The notes beneath the pieces were generated by a model. That model saw nothing but the letters and a program-made list of their open reading frames with translations. It ran no database searches and was not told the origin of the DNA. From assembly GCF_009914755.1 (NCBI RefSeq), contig NC_060944.1: DNA of 64,000 nucleotides. One strand, 5' to 3'. The stretch comes from the human T2T-CHM13v2.0 reference genome, Homo sapiens. Position 1 is the stretch's first letter; every line of letters begins with the position of its first letter. The translations under genes and the position numbers were made by a program. This document shows positions 1 through 12,724 of this stretch, piece after piece.

Positions 1-145
1 TGAGAACATGTGGTGTTTGGTTTTCTGTTCCTGCATTAGTTTGCTGAGAATGATGGCTTCCAGCTTCATCCACATCCCCGCAAAGGACATGAACTCATTC
101 TTTTTTATGGCTGCATAGTATTCCACGGTGTATATGTGCACATTT
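1..145 (-). mobile_element. L1PA 3' region fragment, cut by window edge
   Basis: TGAGAACATGTGGTGTTTGGTTTTCTGTTCC...ATGGCTGCATAGTATTCC is the reverse complement of the L1PA ORF2 end/3' UTR. Confidence 0.9.
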
Positions 146-706
146 AAACATTTCTTAAGAGGGTAGGTCTCATGTCAAGTGTCCTTACCACCAAAAATAA
201 ATAAATGAATAAATGAATAAATAAATAAATCATATATAAAAGCAAAGGAACACATGGTCACTGAGAGACAAGAGATTCAGTCTTCACTGAGGTTGAAAAA
301 CAAGGAAGGGAGAAAGAAAGTGAACTGGGGATCCCTTCTGCCACCTTCCCCCACAACCCCTGGTTTTATTGAGGTATAACTGATATGTTAATATAAAAAA
401 AGACATATATTGAATATCTACAATCTGATATGATAGTATACCATCACCAGAATCAAGTTTTGTGGAGCTCTGCTACCTTTTTGCTGGGTGACTTCCCCAG
501 TCTGGGCCTGTGTCTATTTGAAAAATTGAGGATTCATTTTGACTGGAGGGTTTTCCACCTGAGTTCTCCAGAGCCTCAGCATTCCAGGACATCAGGGTGA
601 TTTGAAGTCAATCACAGCAGAGAAACTTTGGTCTGTTGGTGTTTTAAGTATCTGGGTTTTTTTTTGTTTGCTTTTTTTTGTTTTGTTTTGTTTTTGTTTT
701 TTTCAG

Positions 707-1170
707 TATCCCTTCACCTTCTTCTAGGAAAACATCTGGACTTCCTTTGGGTAGTTCCCCATCTCTTCATCCTCTGTTTCTGTAAGTTCCAGAGGCAGAT
801 CCTGGAAGATTTTAACTAGCTAATGTAGCCCACCCCGTTGGCCACCACTATTAGTTCAGAGATGTGCATTTTACCCAAACTGAGCCAGTGAGAGTGGGGC
901 CCAGGGTCTTTCCAACTCTTTGGATGGACTTTGAAGCTGAGAGGCTGTAAGTGCAGGGGCAGTTGCAGCAACCTTGAGAACATGAGGGGAAGAGGCAGAG
1001 TGGTTGGGGGCCACCAGATGTGGGAAGCATGGAAGTGAGCTGAGAGGGAGTGGAGTGGGTTCTAATGACATTGCTTAAGTCCTGCACCTAGTTAAGAAGC
1101 CATGACTCCCCTTGGACAATTACCTGCACCAGTGAATTCACTTTTGTGCTTGATTCAAGTTTTTGGAAAC
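707..1170 (+). mobile_element. Old MaLR LTR (MLT1 family), degraded
   Basis: MLT1-like blocks (ACCCAAACTGAGCCAGTGAGAG; GAATTCACTTTTGTGCTTGA); subfamily not resolved. Confidence 0.55.
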
Positions 1171-1212
1171 CAGCCCGGAGTGAAAACATTTCCTTCAAAA
1201 GTTTTTGTTTTT

Positions 1213-1450
1213 CAAAGTGAAAGCAAGTTTATTAAGAAGGTAAAGGAATAAAAGAATGGCTACTCCATAGACAAAGCAGCCTCGAGGGCTGCTGGTTGCA
1301 CATTTTTATGGTTATTTCTTGACGATATGCTAAACAAGGGGTGGGTTATTCATGCTTCCCCTTTTTAGGCCATGTAGGATAACTTCCTGATGTTGCCATG
1401 GCATTTGTAAACTGTCATGGTGCTGGCGGGAATGTAGCAGTGGGGATGAA
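1213..1450 (-). mobile_element. MER41A-type ERV1 LTR fragment
   Basis: GTGAAAGCAAGTTTATTAAG...GGCTACTCCATAGAC...AACTTCCTGATGTTGCCATGGC matches the MER41 reverse complement; the MER41B GAS-containing insert is absent. Confidence 0.8.
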
Positions 1451-2427
1451 CTGGAAGTCCAGCTTTCCAGGAGAACCTTCTAATGAGCACCTCTTACCTG
1501 CTTTGTGTAGTCTAAAGAGAGAAATCGCTTCAGCCTCAGCAGGGGCTGCATCATCCCCCAGGGAAGAGCCACAGCTGGGCGAGGATTGCCACAAGACATT
1601 TACAAGGAGATGATGCCACGGAGACTAACGCAGACTGGTAAACGGAAACACGGGGCTTTGGCTCGAACACCCTCTTTCAAGAAAGTTGTTTATGACCACA
1701 AGGAAGGTTTGAGTCTCTATATTTTTGCATGTACTAGATTTCTCCTTTTAAAAAAGATTCAGTTATGAATTCAGGCGTTCAAGTTAATCCTTGAGAATTA
1801 AATCAATTGAATTAATTATTTGTAAAAACATCCTCAGTTTCTTCAGATGAAAGGAGTATGATCTTCACAGAATTCTGCTTGTAATTCCCAGAGCAGTTGA
1901 TGTATTTTGTTGTATTTTGCTGATTGGCTTTGTGTGATGTGCAAAGTTCTTTACAGAGAGGCTGGGAGAGAGTTGGGGGGCCAAAGGTGAGAGGGCTGTG
2001 TTCTTCCCACGCTGGCTCACAGCCTCTTGGGAGTTTATCATGGAGCTGGGTGGCGGCCACTGTCTTCACTTTCCCAGTTTCTGGTTTTGTTTTTTAAAGT
2101 TTTCATCCTCCCACTTTGGAAGCCTATGGACTTCATCTGTCATGCGATTTGTAAATCAAGACCCCAACAGGCAGCTGTCTGCTTCTATTAGCTTTCATGA
2201 CACAGGTGACACTGCATGGAAGGCCTGCCTCTTTCTTTAAGTCAGTTATTAATATGAAATGACACCAAGTTGTTTCTCAAAAGCCAAACAGCCTAAGAAT
2301 AGTAAAGAAAAATCATAATCTCACAGTATTATAATTCAATAACTATCATTATTAAAATGGTGGCATAAAGCCCAAGCTTTGCAATGTGTGGGGGAAGTTG
2401 AGTGAGAAATTCACCCTGAAATTCATC

Positions 2428-2660
2428 TGTGTATCAGTCGGAGAAATTAATGCTGGCAGCTGAAACAGGTAAATCCACCAAGGCTTTTAACCCAATGAAG
2501 GTTTATTTATCATCAGGCAAAGTCCAGTAAGTGCACAATTTGGGCCTGTAGGTTGGCTGTGGCAGGGGAAAAGATGAAGAAAGCACAGTGGCTATTAAAT
2601 TCTATTGGCCAGAACTAGTCCTGTGACCATGATCTATTTGCCAGGGAGACGAGGAGGTGA
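2428..2660 (-). mobile_element. MLT1-family LTR fragment
   Basis: TGTATCAGTC start and TTGGCCAGAACTAGTC motif. Confidence 0.45.
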
Positions 2661-2795
2661 GAATGAACACATAGATACTGAATGCATGTGGTTCCTCTAG
2701 CAATGTAAGGCGGATTTCTACTGTTGTTAGTCAGAAATGAAACTCAAAACTCATTTAGATGATGGAATTACGAAGAACTTGAATGTGGGCCTAAC

Positions 2796-3291
2796 ATAAA
2801 TCATGCTGCTATAAAGACACATGCACACGTATGTTTATTGCGGCATTATTCACAATAGCAAAGACTTGGAACCAACCCAAATATCCAACAATGATAGACT
2901 GGATTAAGAAAATGTGGCACATATACACCATGGAATACTATTCAGCCATAAAAAAGGGTGAGTTCATGTCCTTTGTAGGGACATGGATGAAATTGGAAAT
3001 CATCATTCTCAGTAAACTATCGCAAGAACAAAAAACCAAACACCGCATGTTCTCACTCATAGGTGGGAATTGAACAATGAGAACACATGGACACAGGAAG
3101 GGGAATATCACACTCTGGGGACTGTGGTGGGGTGGGGGGAGGGGGGAGGGATAGCATTGGGAGATGTACCTAATGCTAGATGACGAGTTAGTGGGTGCAG
3201 CGCACCAGCATGGCACATGTATACATATGTAACTAACCTGCACAATGTGCACATGTACCCTAAAACTTAAAGTATAATAATAAAAAAAAAA
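2796..3291 (+). mobile_element. 5'-truncated young L1 (L1PA2-like): ORF2 C-terminus, 3' UTR, polyA
   Basis: ORF 2831-3073 is the L1 ORF2 C-terminus (...KTKHRMFSLIGGN); 3' UTR has GATGACGAGTTAG (GAG, not the L1HS ACA/ACG) and CTTAAAGTATAAT; ends in an A tail. Confidence 0.93.
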
Positions 3292-3349
3292 GAATCACAT
3301 TTCCAATCCTGGTGTCTCATAGAGGATCAAAAAACAGTGTATGAAAGAC

Positions 3350-3530
3350 GCATGATGTGGGCATTTAGAGCATTGGCTTTGGTTTGGGAGGAAGCCAGGG
3401 CTTAACACCAGCTCTATTATTCACCTTGTGTGAGCTTGATTAAGTGTATTCAACACTTTGAGTCCTTATTGCTTTGTCGGTAAAATGGGGAAAATAGTAA
3501 CACCCCTCTTACAGGTTTTTTGAGAAGTCA
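3350..3530 (+). mobile_element. MIR
   Basis: GTAAAATGGGGAAAATAGTAAC core-like sequence. Confidence 0.65.
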
Positions 3531-3719
3531 TTGCTATTACTCTTACCACCATCACTGCCCCGGGAACTTGTCTTTGTAATAAGATTTTTGGTGGATCTGA
3601 AGCTGTGGGTTATTGTTTAACCTCCTTCGTGTACACAGGCTGCCTTCCTTCATGCATACATGCACGTGGCAAATACTTATCAAATGCTTAGTGAATGCTA
3701 AGCCTGTGTTACCATTTTG

Positions 3720-3880
3720 CCTACGTTATTTAATTCTCACTTTCTGTTTTCACCCCATTTTGCAGATGAGGAGAACAAGGCTGGGAGAAAGCAAAGGAGC
3801 CACTTGTTTAAGGTTATGCAGCTGAGAAATGAACAAGGTGGGGTTCGAGTCCAGAGTGCGCATTCCCCATCACCCCTTAA
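3720..3880 (-). mobile_element. MIR
   Basis: CCCCATTTTGCAGATGAGGAGAACAAGGCT core. Confidence 0.7.
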
Positions 3881-4052
3881 CAAAAAGGCATGTTTCCCAG
3901 GAGACTACAGAGGAGAATCGGCAGGTGGTCACAATTGCAGGGCTGTCTCAGGCTGAGCAGAGAGTACGGTGGAGGGGCATGGGCCTGCTGTTGGCGGTGA
4001 GGGCCTTGGAAATGGCTTCCTGGAGGAGATGGCAATTATCCAGGTAGACAAG

Positions 4053-4053
<1 letters not shown>

Positions 4054-4093
<40 letters not shown>
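4054..4093. repeat. (TG)20 microsatellite
   Basis: Perfect dinucleotide run. Confidence 0.98.
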
Positions 4094-4094
<1 letters not shown>

Positions 4095-5913
4095 TCATGA
4101 AGAAGAAATAATGTGCAAAGCCCTGGTCATAAATAACTTTTCCTCTGCAAACTGTGGATGGCAGTTCACCATGTTTCTCACCACTGGCCTGGTCACTGCT
4201 TATCCAATATGTATGTAAGAATTACTTTTTCTCTTTTTTCCCTTCTATAAATTCTCATAGAACTTCCTTTAATGCATTAAAAAAGCAACTAGCATGTTCA
4301 ACCCATGATATCATATATCCTATGTTTTAGGATGCAACTAAAGTGAATATATAGGTGAAGAGGGTGAATCAGTGCAGCCGGCAGCACAGGGAAAACCAGG
4401 AACTGTCAATATAGCAAAGGTGGGAAGCCCAGGGAGCTGAAGCTTCAGGAACCCTGGGACAGAGAGTGTCTCCCTGCATTCCAGCTTAGAAGTGCTGCTC
4501 TTCAAGACAGAGTGTCACCAGCTCCATTTGTCCATAAAGCCACATTGTTCGAAGGGAAGGCAATGTCCCTCTGCCACTGCTCACCATGAAAAGACAGTGC
4601 TGTGTCAGGAACTGTGGGGCCAGAGCTTTGTGCTCTGGGGGAAGGGTCATGAGGCAAAAGGTCACAAGAGTAGCCAGGAAAGTTCTAAATTAGCCTTGGG
4701 AACAAGCCAGGCCCAGAGCAGAGACCCAGAGTTCAGGAATGTTCCCTGGCCCTGCCCTTGAAGTCTCTGCTCATAGCCTCGGAGCCGTGGCTACCAGGGA
4801 GGGTGGCTAAAAATACCTTGGTCAGGGGCCTAGAGATTGCACTTAGGAGACTGCTTTCCAGAGGCAGCCCGGGGAGAGCCGACAGCAGTGTGGGCGCCAG
4901 GGCCCCCACCAGCTACAAAGGTCAGCCAGCCCCCAGCTGCCTTCAGGTGGGTGTTTCTGCCAGTTCTCCTTTAGTGTTCAGGCTCAAATGAAAGGCCACT
5001 TTCAGCAAGTTTTCCTGACATTGTCGGAGACTGGAGCCAAGGCCCTGTCTGTTTTACTTTCTGAAAGAGCCAGTCTGAGAGATGGATGGGTTGGCGACTG
5101 AACACCACAAACAACAGCAGTGGGCTTTAACCTGATGGTGGAGGCTCCGGCACAGGTGGGGAAGGCCAGTGGCTCAGAAGGCCTGACAAGGACAGGACCA
5201 AAGCTCCAACAGCTCAGAGCTGGACTCCTTCCCATCCCAGATCTGAGCTCTTTGGTTCTCCTTCACAGAGGTGATTATGGTTCATAGTATCTTCTAAATA
5301 GAAATGCATATCATTTAAAATTTTTAATACCAATGTGTAAACTGAACCACACTTTAATTTATTCACCTAACAATCCACCTAAGAGATCCTGCCCTGTCAA
5401 CATAGGTATAGTTATTGCACTTTTTAGAGTTTTTATGTCATTGTTTGTACGACTGTGTTATAACTTAAGCAGTTTTCTGCTGAGAATATTCAGGCTATTT
5501 CTGGCTTTTTGCTACAACAAACAGTCCTGCTGAGAACATTCTAATTCACACTTTTTCTATGCATGCATGAACATATTGTTAGGATACAGTCCTAGCAGTG
5601 AAATTCCTAGAGGAATGGGAACATACGTTTACAATGTTAATACCTATTGACAAATTGTTTTCCAACATTCCCACCAGCAGTGTGTATTATCAGTTTTTAA
5701 ATATTTACCAGCCTAAGTAAAATAACTTAAAAAGGGTCTGTAATTTTAGTCTTAACCTCCATAACTTTCATTATAAATGAAGCTGGAACATATGAAATTA
5801 TGTTTATGAGCCACTTATTTTCCTGTGAACTGCCTGTTTTTGTCATTTACCCATTTTTTTTTTTCTGATAGGTTGGTGGTCCTTTTTATTTATTTGTAGG
5901 AATGCTTTGTATG

Positions 5914-6271
5914 TGGTATGGTTTGGCTGTGTGCCCTCATTCAAATCTCATCTCGAATTGTGATCCCACATGTTGAGGGAGGGAGGTGATTGGATCACGG
6001 GGGGCGGTTCCCCCATGCTGTTCTTATGATAATGAGTGAGTTCTCACGAGACCTGGTGGTTTTATTTGGGGCTCTTCCCCACTTTACTTTCTCTTCTCTC
6101 TCTCCTGCCACCTTGTGAAGAAGAGCATGTTTGCTTCCCCTTTCGCCATGATTGTAAGTTTCCCGAGGCCTCCCCAGCCCTACAGACTGTGAATCAATTA
6201 AACCTCTTTTGTTTATAAATTACCCAGTCTCAGGGAAGTTCTTGAAAGCAGTGTGAAAACAGGCTAATACA
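5914..6271 (+). mobile_element. THE1/MST (MaLR) solo LTR
   Basis: TG(G)TATGGTTTGGCTGTGT...AATTACCCAGTCTCAGG...CTAATACA; near 5-bp TSD GTATG/GTATA. Confidence 0.9.
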
Positions 6272-6360
6272 GTATATGAGGATATTAGCTCTGTTTGTTA
6301 TCTATGTTACCTTTTTTTCAGTTTGTCCTTTGGTTTTTGATATCTTTTTCCATGCAAAAA

Positions 6361-6362
<2 letters not shown>

Positions 6363-6392
<30 letters not shown>
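6363..6392. repeat. A30 homopolymer
   Basis: Seen directly. Confidence 0.97.
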
Positions 6393-6394
<2 letters not shown>

Positions 6395-9114
6395 TGAAGT
6401 CAAATGTATCACTCTTCTTTATGGCTTTAAGAGGACACTGATTTCTGAATGGTGAGAAAAGGAGGTGACAAGAAACTTCTGCACCTTCCTGCACCAAACC
6501 AGACTTGACCCTGGAACACAGCAATCTGACCTGGGGGCGTGTTTCATGTGTGGTGGGTTGATGGCCCATCTCTCATCCTGGTCACTGTCACCTCTGTTTC
6601 CTACCTGCTTAGCCTTTAAGCTGCGAAGTCATCCTGGACACGCATCACCTCCCCAAACTCTGTCTTGTCCCCATTGCCACCCTTCCCCCAGCCTCTGGAC
6701 AAATCTCCCTGCTTCAGTGTCTCTCATCTGTTGGGTACAAACATCCCCAGAAGATCCCCCGCCACACATTCCCTGGATCAGAACCCATCAGTGGTTCCCT
6801 AGTGCCTGGGAATTTCCATTCAATGGCCTCCGAACCATGAGCCTGCCTTTTCTGCCTGAAGCCCAAAACCCCAGCTACAGATCTTTACCCCAGAGACCAT
6901 CTTGGGCCTCCCTCCAGGCTTTTGCTTACTCTGTGCCCTCATCCTGGAGTCCTGTCCCCACCCCTATCTACAGAAACTCCACCAGCCCTCCTGGCTGCCC
7001 CGATGGTCCTCGCACAGGGAGACTTGTCTACCTCCCGAGGTCACGTGTGGGCTCTGGTCCTCTTGCCATCATGGCAGAGATTTTGCTGTATCTCCCCCTG
7101 GCTGCTGGTGCTCTGCTTACCTCCTCCAGAGTTGTTAACAAAGAGCTGAGGATGCTGAGCTGCCCAGGGACTTGGCTGCAGGTGGCATAGGGAGCAGCAA
7201 GGGCTGGCCAGCCCATGAGCTACACGCCCGAGTCAGCTGCCTCCTCTGGGTAATGAAGTGGAAACGTTGCTCTCCACCTGCCACCTCCAGGGGCTTTCTT
7301 GCTCTCTCAAGTGATTCTAACCACTGGTCATTCTTAGTTACCAACCACAGCTCCAACACTGGGCACCAGGGATGCTGAAGGGAGCAAAAACAATGAGCCT
7401 CCCAAGAGGTGAGATGGAAATTAATCTAATAACTACACAGAAAAAAATGCAATCATAACTACATTCAGTGCCACACAAAAGGTTTGTGAATCAGGAGAGT
7501 GTATCTCCAGGGGTCTGACGTAGTCTGGGGGTTGGGGAAGCCCCACAAATGCCCGAGCTGCCTGTGAGTATGAACAGCGAACTGGAGGGGGCAGTGTCCC
7601 AGTGGAGGGACAGCAGGAGGGAGCCTGGTGCACCCGTGACTCACACGGCTGGGGAGAGGGCTGAGGAAGCTCCAGCATTCCTGCTTCCCCTGATCTTGCC
7701 CTTCAGAGGGTTTGAGGCTGAACCAGTCCCTCTTTGAGGGAAGAAAGGGAAGATGTGTCCCCTGCCTGACAATTGACAAACAGAGCACATTCCTTTCTTG
7801 GTTCCAATGTCATTTGCTTGAGAACAAATGGACCAAGGAGAGGTGGCAGAGCAGGGATCCTCCAGCAGTGAGTTGTGCTGGCCCTGGCTGGTGTTTCAGG
7901 ATAGGGTCCTGGTGAAAGGTGACAGAGGTACAGCCATTGAACCACAGGCTCCTCTCCCGATGGTGATCCTCAAAAGGGAGGCTGCTCCCAGGTGGGGTGC
8001 CAGCTGCAAGGGAGCCTGAGAGCATAGGCGAACACTGGAAACAGAACATCTGGGGATTCTTCTGTGCCTTGACTTTCTGTATTCTTAATATCTCGATGGC
8101 AGAGAAATCTGAGATCAAGGCTAAATATTTGCCTCTGCTTCGGATTTTGATTCCACTAGAAAGACAGTTGAAATAATGTACATTTCAGCTTCCGATGAAA
8201 TAGCCAGCAATGGAGGATCTGTGTTTGTTTGCGAAGTTTACTCACCCAATAAATCATTCCTTTGCAGAGATGCCATTAACTAATAATTCAAGGTTGGTAA
8301 CCTCCAATCAACAGTGATTAAAGAACTTTCGCTGAATGGCAGAGAGAGAACACGTTTTTCTGAACGCTAGCAGCAGTCGGCTTGCACCATCCATCTTTTC
8401 TTTGATAAACTGCTCTGGACTAATAATTCCAGATGGAAAGATTTTAAATCAAGTACGGAGGTTGGCAGGATCAGGGAAAACTCTGAATAATTGTAAAGAC
8501 TATTTTATTGCAGACTCTTTTCAGATGGGAGACAGTCACCTAGGTTCTCAAGAGTGGATGGTGTTTCCAGGAGGGGTATTTCCTCCTCACCTCTTATTCA
8601 TACTCTGTGGGCACTCCACGCCCATCGCATGAGAGTTTAACTGTGAAGTGTGGATTTCACATGTTGCATTCCTGTCATCATTGCCCCCAGGACGGAAGGC
8701 CAGATTCTGCACTTGACACCCTCAAGCCTATCTCTTCCACACTCTGCCTGGAATTTTGTGTCCCAATCATACTGAGGTTTTCCTGGCTCTTTCCTTCTCA
8801 GCCTTCAGGTGCCAGCAGGGATGGTCACTGGGCCAGATTTCTCCTCTGATCCCTGCAGTGCCTCACAGAACCACTGGAAAACACACTGCCTCCTGGCTTG
8901 TCTGCCCCTCCTCTAGGCTGTAGGCGAGCTCACTGGGGGCCAGTGATGTGTCTTATCTTCTTCTGTAGCCTCCATACTCAACACAGTGCTGGTGAGAGGT
9001 GAAACCTTCATCAATGTATGTTGCACTAAAGGGTGAACGAACACACCCCTTGATGTTTTATGCTAACAAAGGGTGGTTGCAGGACAGAAGTAGGTCATGA
9101 GGGGTGGAACCTAA

Positions 9115-9620
9115 CCTACCAGGCACCAAAGTCTCTGGGGAGTGTGTTAAAATGCAGATGCTGGGGTCCCACCTCCAGAGGCTCATTCAGCAGGTCTGGG
9201 CTGAGGCCTTGGGAATCTGTTTTTCTGGTTTTTTGTTTGTTTGTTTTTTGTTTTTTTTGTTTTTTTTTTTTTTGAGATGGATTCTTGCTCTCTTGCCCAG
9301 GCTGGAGTGCAGTGGTGTAATCAGCTCACTGCAACCTCCACCTCCCGGGTTCAAGCAATTCTCCTGCCTTGTCCTCCTGAGTAGCTGGGATTACAGGTGC
9401 CCGCCACCACACCTGGCTAATTTTTGTACTTTTTTAGTAGAGACGGGGTTTCACCATGTTGGCCAGGCTGGTCTCAAACTCTTGACCTCAAGTGATCCAC
9501 CCGCCTCAGCTTCCCAAAGTGCTGGGATTACAGGTGTGAGCCACTGCACCTGGCTGGAATCTACATTTTTAACAGTCTTCACAGGTGACTGGAGTTCCTG
9601 CTGAAATTTGAGAACCTCTG
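9115..9620. mobile_element. MER5-type hAT relic split by an Alu
   Basis: GTTAAAATGCAGATGCTGGGGTCCCACC...AGTAGGTCTGGG-like left part; TTTGAGAACCTCTG terminus to the right of the Alu. Confidence 0.7.
9221..9554 (-). mobile_element. AluS (Sx-like)
   Basis: Full dimer in antisense with T-rich tail; GGAATCT flanking duplication. Confidence 0.95.
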
Positions 9621-10377
9621 CTCTTAACCTTTTTTCTTTGCCTCTAAAAGCCATGCCTGTGACCTTGAGCCTTGTCTTACCTTTCTAACTCTCTTGTGTT
9701 GAGGGCAATGGTGACAAGAGCCTCTGGACTTTGAATGCTCACAAATAAACAGTGGGAGGCATGTGGGAAGCCCTAGAAGGTCTGGATGGCCAAGGGAGCC
9801 TAATTTCAGATGGACTATAGTGAAAATTGCATATTCATTCATTCAGTCAGCATACATTTATTGAGCATCTACTATGTGTATCAGGAAGGACCAGGAGCTA
9901 GAGAAAAAGGTAAATAGGGATGACAGAGTCCACAGAAACCCGCAATCTGGTAGGCTCTGGGTTGTATAACTCAATGAGAAAGTGAAGAAGGTGAAGGCCT
10001 TACTTCACCACAGGCGGCAGGTGGGTGGGGGGGAGAGTACCCCATCGCCAAGGTCTTTGTCTGAACTCACTCCCTGCTCAGGGCAGGCAAGAATCCCCTT
10101 TCCAGAAGTAAGGCTGTGCTGACCAAAGTTGGCTGAGCTGTTCTGTAACAGCTGCAAAGCCCATGGTGTGAGGGGCTTTCTGTCTCATTGCAGCTTCATT
10201 GTGGGGATCCATGGGGAAATTTATTATGAGGTTTAGCAGACATTGCTCAGGCCACCCCAGACTTGCCTCTCAGTTTGGGCAATCTATTCAACCAAACTGC
10301 CGGGCAAACAATTGCACATTATAATTAGGAGAGACCTTAGGGGAGGTCTTCTATGAGGGGTTCATGAACCTTTGAAC

Positions 10378-10552
10378 ACCTTGCTACTCAACGTGTGGTC
10401 ACTGGACCAGCAGCACCAGCATTCTCCGGGAACCTGTTACAAATGCAGAATCTGAGCCCCCACCCCAGGCCTGCTGCACCAGAATCTGCAATTCAAAAAG
10501 AGACCACGATCCCCAGGTGATACATGTGTACATTAAGGTTTGAGACCCACTG
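10378..10552. mobile_element. MER5A-like hAT MITE
   Basis: GTGTGGTC...GGACCAGCAGCA...AAATGCAGAATCT...GTTTGAGACCCACTG. Confidence 0.8.
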
Positions 10553-11469
10553 GTCTATTGAATCCATTGGGCAAAATGTTTTGCATTGTCTGTGAGGGAT
10601 CCCGGAGTTCTCGTGTGATTTTCACATTGACCTGTGACTACAAAATTTAATCGCTGCTTTGGAGATGTGTGAAGTCCAGGGCAGTGTTGATAAAAGGTTT
10701 TGCTTCCCTGATCAATCCCTGTGAGTGATTTGGAGCTAGAGATTTCTTCTAGGGTTATACATTATGCAAGTATGGAAGATGGTGAAGAAGTCTATGGAAG
10801 GCTGTTGTCTCCAAACCTGGTGGTTGGCCTGAACTCACCATAGATCAGCAGGGCTGAGAGTCTGAGAGACAGGAAGTAGGGGAGAATAAGGAAAACCTGG
10901 AATGCACAAGGGACAAGAAGAACCCAGATCTGTCACAGGTGACCTGCAGAAGGAAGCTGCCAGGAGGCTGCTCTGCTCGCGCACCTGGCCCAGGACTCAC
11001 TGGAGCTGGAAGAGCTGCAGGCCTGGCCCATAATCAGCAACACCGAGCAGGTGCTTCAACATCGCCCAGCCCTTCTGAGCCTACTGGATGTGCCTTCACT
11101 TCTGCCTTCCAGTTCACTACAGGTTTCTTTTGTGGCCAACCTTGGCCTGGAAACATAAAGCAGAAAGAATTCTGGGAAGCACAGTTCCAGCTTAGATATT
11201 GTTGCTGCAGTACAAGTTGTCAAACTCAACCTTCTCCTGCGCTAGGTGAGTACTGTAACGAGCGGCGGGGCTGGGTGAGGTTGTGAGCACCTGGAGAGTG
11301 AATTGCTTTACCTAACTGTCTGCCAGAATAAATATGGACCTGGAGCTGCCAGATCTTTGAATTTTTTAGGATAAACTAGAATTTGGGGATATTATGTCAA
11401 ATTCCCTTTTTAAAATGGTAGAAACCAATTTGATTTTTGAAAATTATTAACCAAGAAAAATGGTTCTGA

Positions 11470-12431
11470 TGAAGGGGTGGCCTGCCCCTCACACCTGTGG
11501 GTGTTTCTCGTTGGGTGAGATGAGAGACTGAGAAAAGAAAGAGAAAAAGAGACAAAGTATAGAGAAAGAAAAGTGGGCCCAGGAGATCAGCGCTCAGCAT
11601 ACGGAGGACCTGCGCCGGCACCAGTCTCTGAGTTCCCTCAGTATTTATTGATCATTATCTCTACCATCTCGGAGAGGGGGATGTGGCAGGACAATAGGGT
11701 AATAGTGGGGAGAGGGTCAGCAGGAAAACATGCGAACAAATGTCTCTGTGTCATAAACAAGGTTAGAAAATGTGCTGTGCTTTGATGTGCACATACATAA
11801 ACATATCTGGTGCATTAAAGAGCTGTATTGCTGCCAGCATGTCTCACCTCCAGCCTTAAGGCAGTTTTCTCCTATCTCAGTAGATGGAACATACCATCGG
11901 GTTTTATACCAAGACATTCCATTGCCCAGGGACGAGCAGGAGACAGATGCCTTCCTCTTATCTCAACTGCAAAGAGGCCTTCCTTCCTCTTTTACTAATC
12001 CTCCTCAGCACAGACCCTTCACAGGTGTCGGGCTGGGGGATGGTCAGGTCTTTCCCTTCCCACGAGGCCATATTTCAGACTATCACATGGGGAGAAACCT
12101 TGGACAATACCTGGCTTTCCTAGGCAGAGGTCCCTGCAGCCTTCCGCAGTGTTTTGTGTCCCTGAGTACTTGAGATTAGGGAGTGGTGATGACTTTTAAC
12201 AAGCATACTGCCTTCAAGCATCGGCTTAACAAAGCACATCCTGCATAGCCCTAAATCCTAAACCTTGAGTCACAGCACATGTTTCTGCAAGCACAGGGTT
12301 GGGGGTAAGGTTACAGATTAACAGCATCTCAAGGCAGAAGAATTTTTCTTAGTACAGAACAAAATGGAGTCTGTTATGTCTGCTTCTACATAGACACAGT
12401 AACAGTCTGATCTCTCTTTCTTTTCCCCACA
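11470..12431 (-). mobile_element. HERV-K (HML-2) solo LTR, LTR5B/LTR5A type
   Basis: TGAAGGGGTGGCCTGCCCCT...TCTTTTCCCCACA termini; 962 bp; minus-strand TATAAAA (11902-11908) and AATAAA (11644-11649); near TSD TCTGA/TCTGT. Confidence 0.93.
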
Positions 12432-12449
12432 TCTGTAAACTAGACTTTT

Positions 12450-12570
12450 ATCATTTTTATTATGCCCATTTCCCTCATTTTATGGCTGTATAAATTGAGG
12501 CTCAGAGAGGGCAAGTGGTTTTCCAAACATAGAACAGCAAGTGTAATGGCTGGACTGGATTCAGAGCCAC
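12450..12570 (-). mobile_element. MIR
   Basis: ATTGAGGCTCAGAGAGGGCAAGTG core. Confidence 0.6.
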
Positions 12571-12724
12571 ATGCCCTCCAAGAACCCTTTGCACAACCTC
12601 CATCTTTCTACTGAGGAGTTTCACTAGGCCTGGCCCCCAGCCTGGAGGGTAGAGAAGATTTATTTAGCTCTCTCACAGACAATGCGAAACATTTGCCCAA
12701 TTAATTTCTTAATTGCTCCCCTTA

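Larger units (their letters stand above)
5330..6430 (-). mobile_element. Old L1M 3' remnant interrupted by a THE1/MST LTR
   Basis: ACATTCCCACCAGCAGTGTGT and other antisense L1 ORF2-end motifs. Confidence 0.6.

Noticed and set aside
6363-6392. A30 as the tail of a processed pseudogene
   Set aside because: No upstream retrocopy or TSD; it sits within an L1 remnant as a simple homopolymer
6465-7190. 241-aa ORF, the longest in the window
   Set aside because: GTG start, Pro/Ser-rich low-information translation over probable L2 remnants, and no recognisable domain or exon structure
9104-9604. Alu-derived ORFs (also 18531-18863, 37156-37419, 43225-43596, 59340-59528)
   Set aside because: Typical Alu translations, not genes
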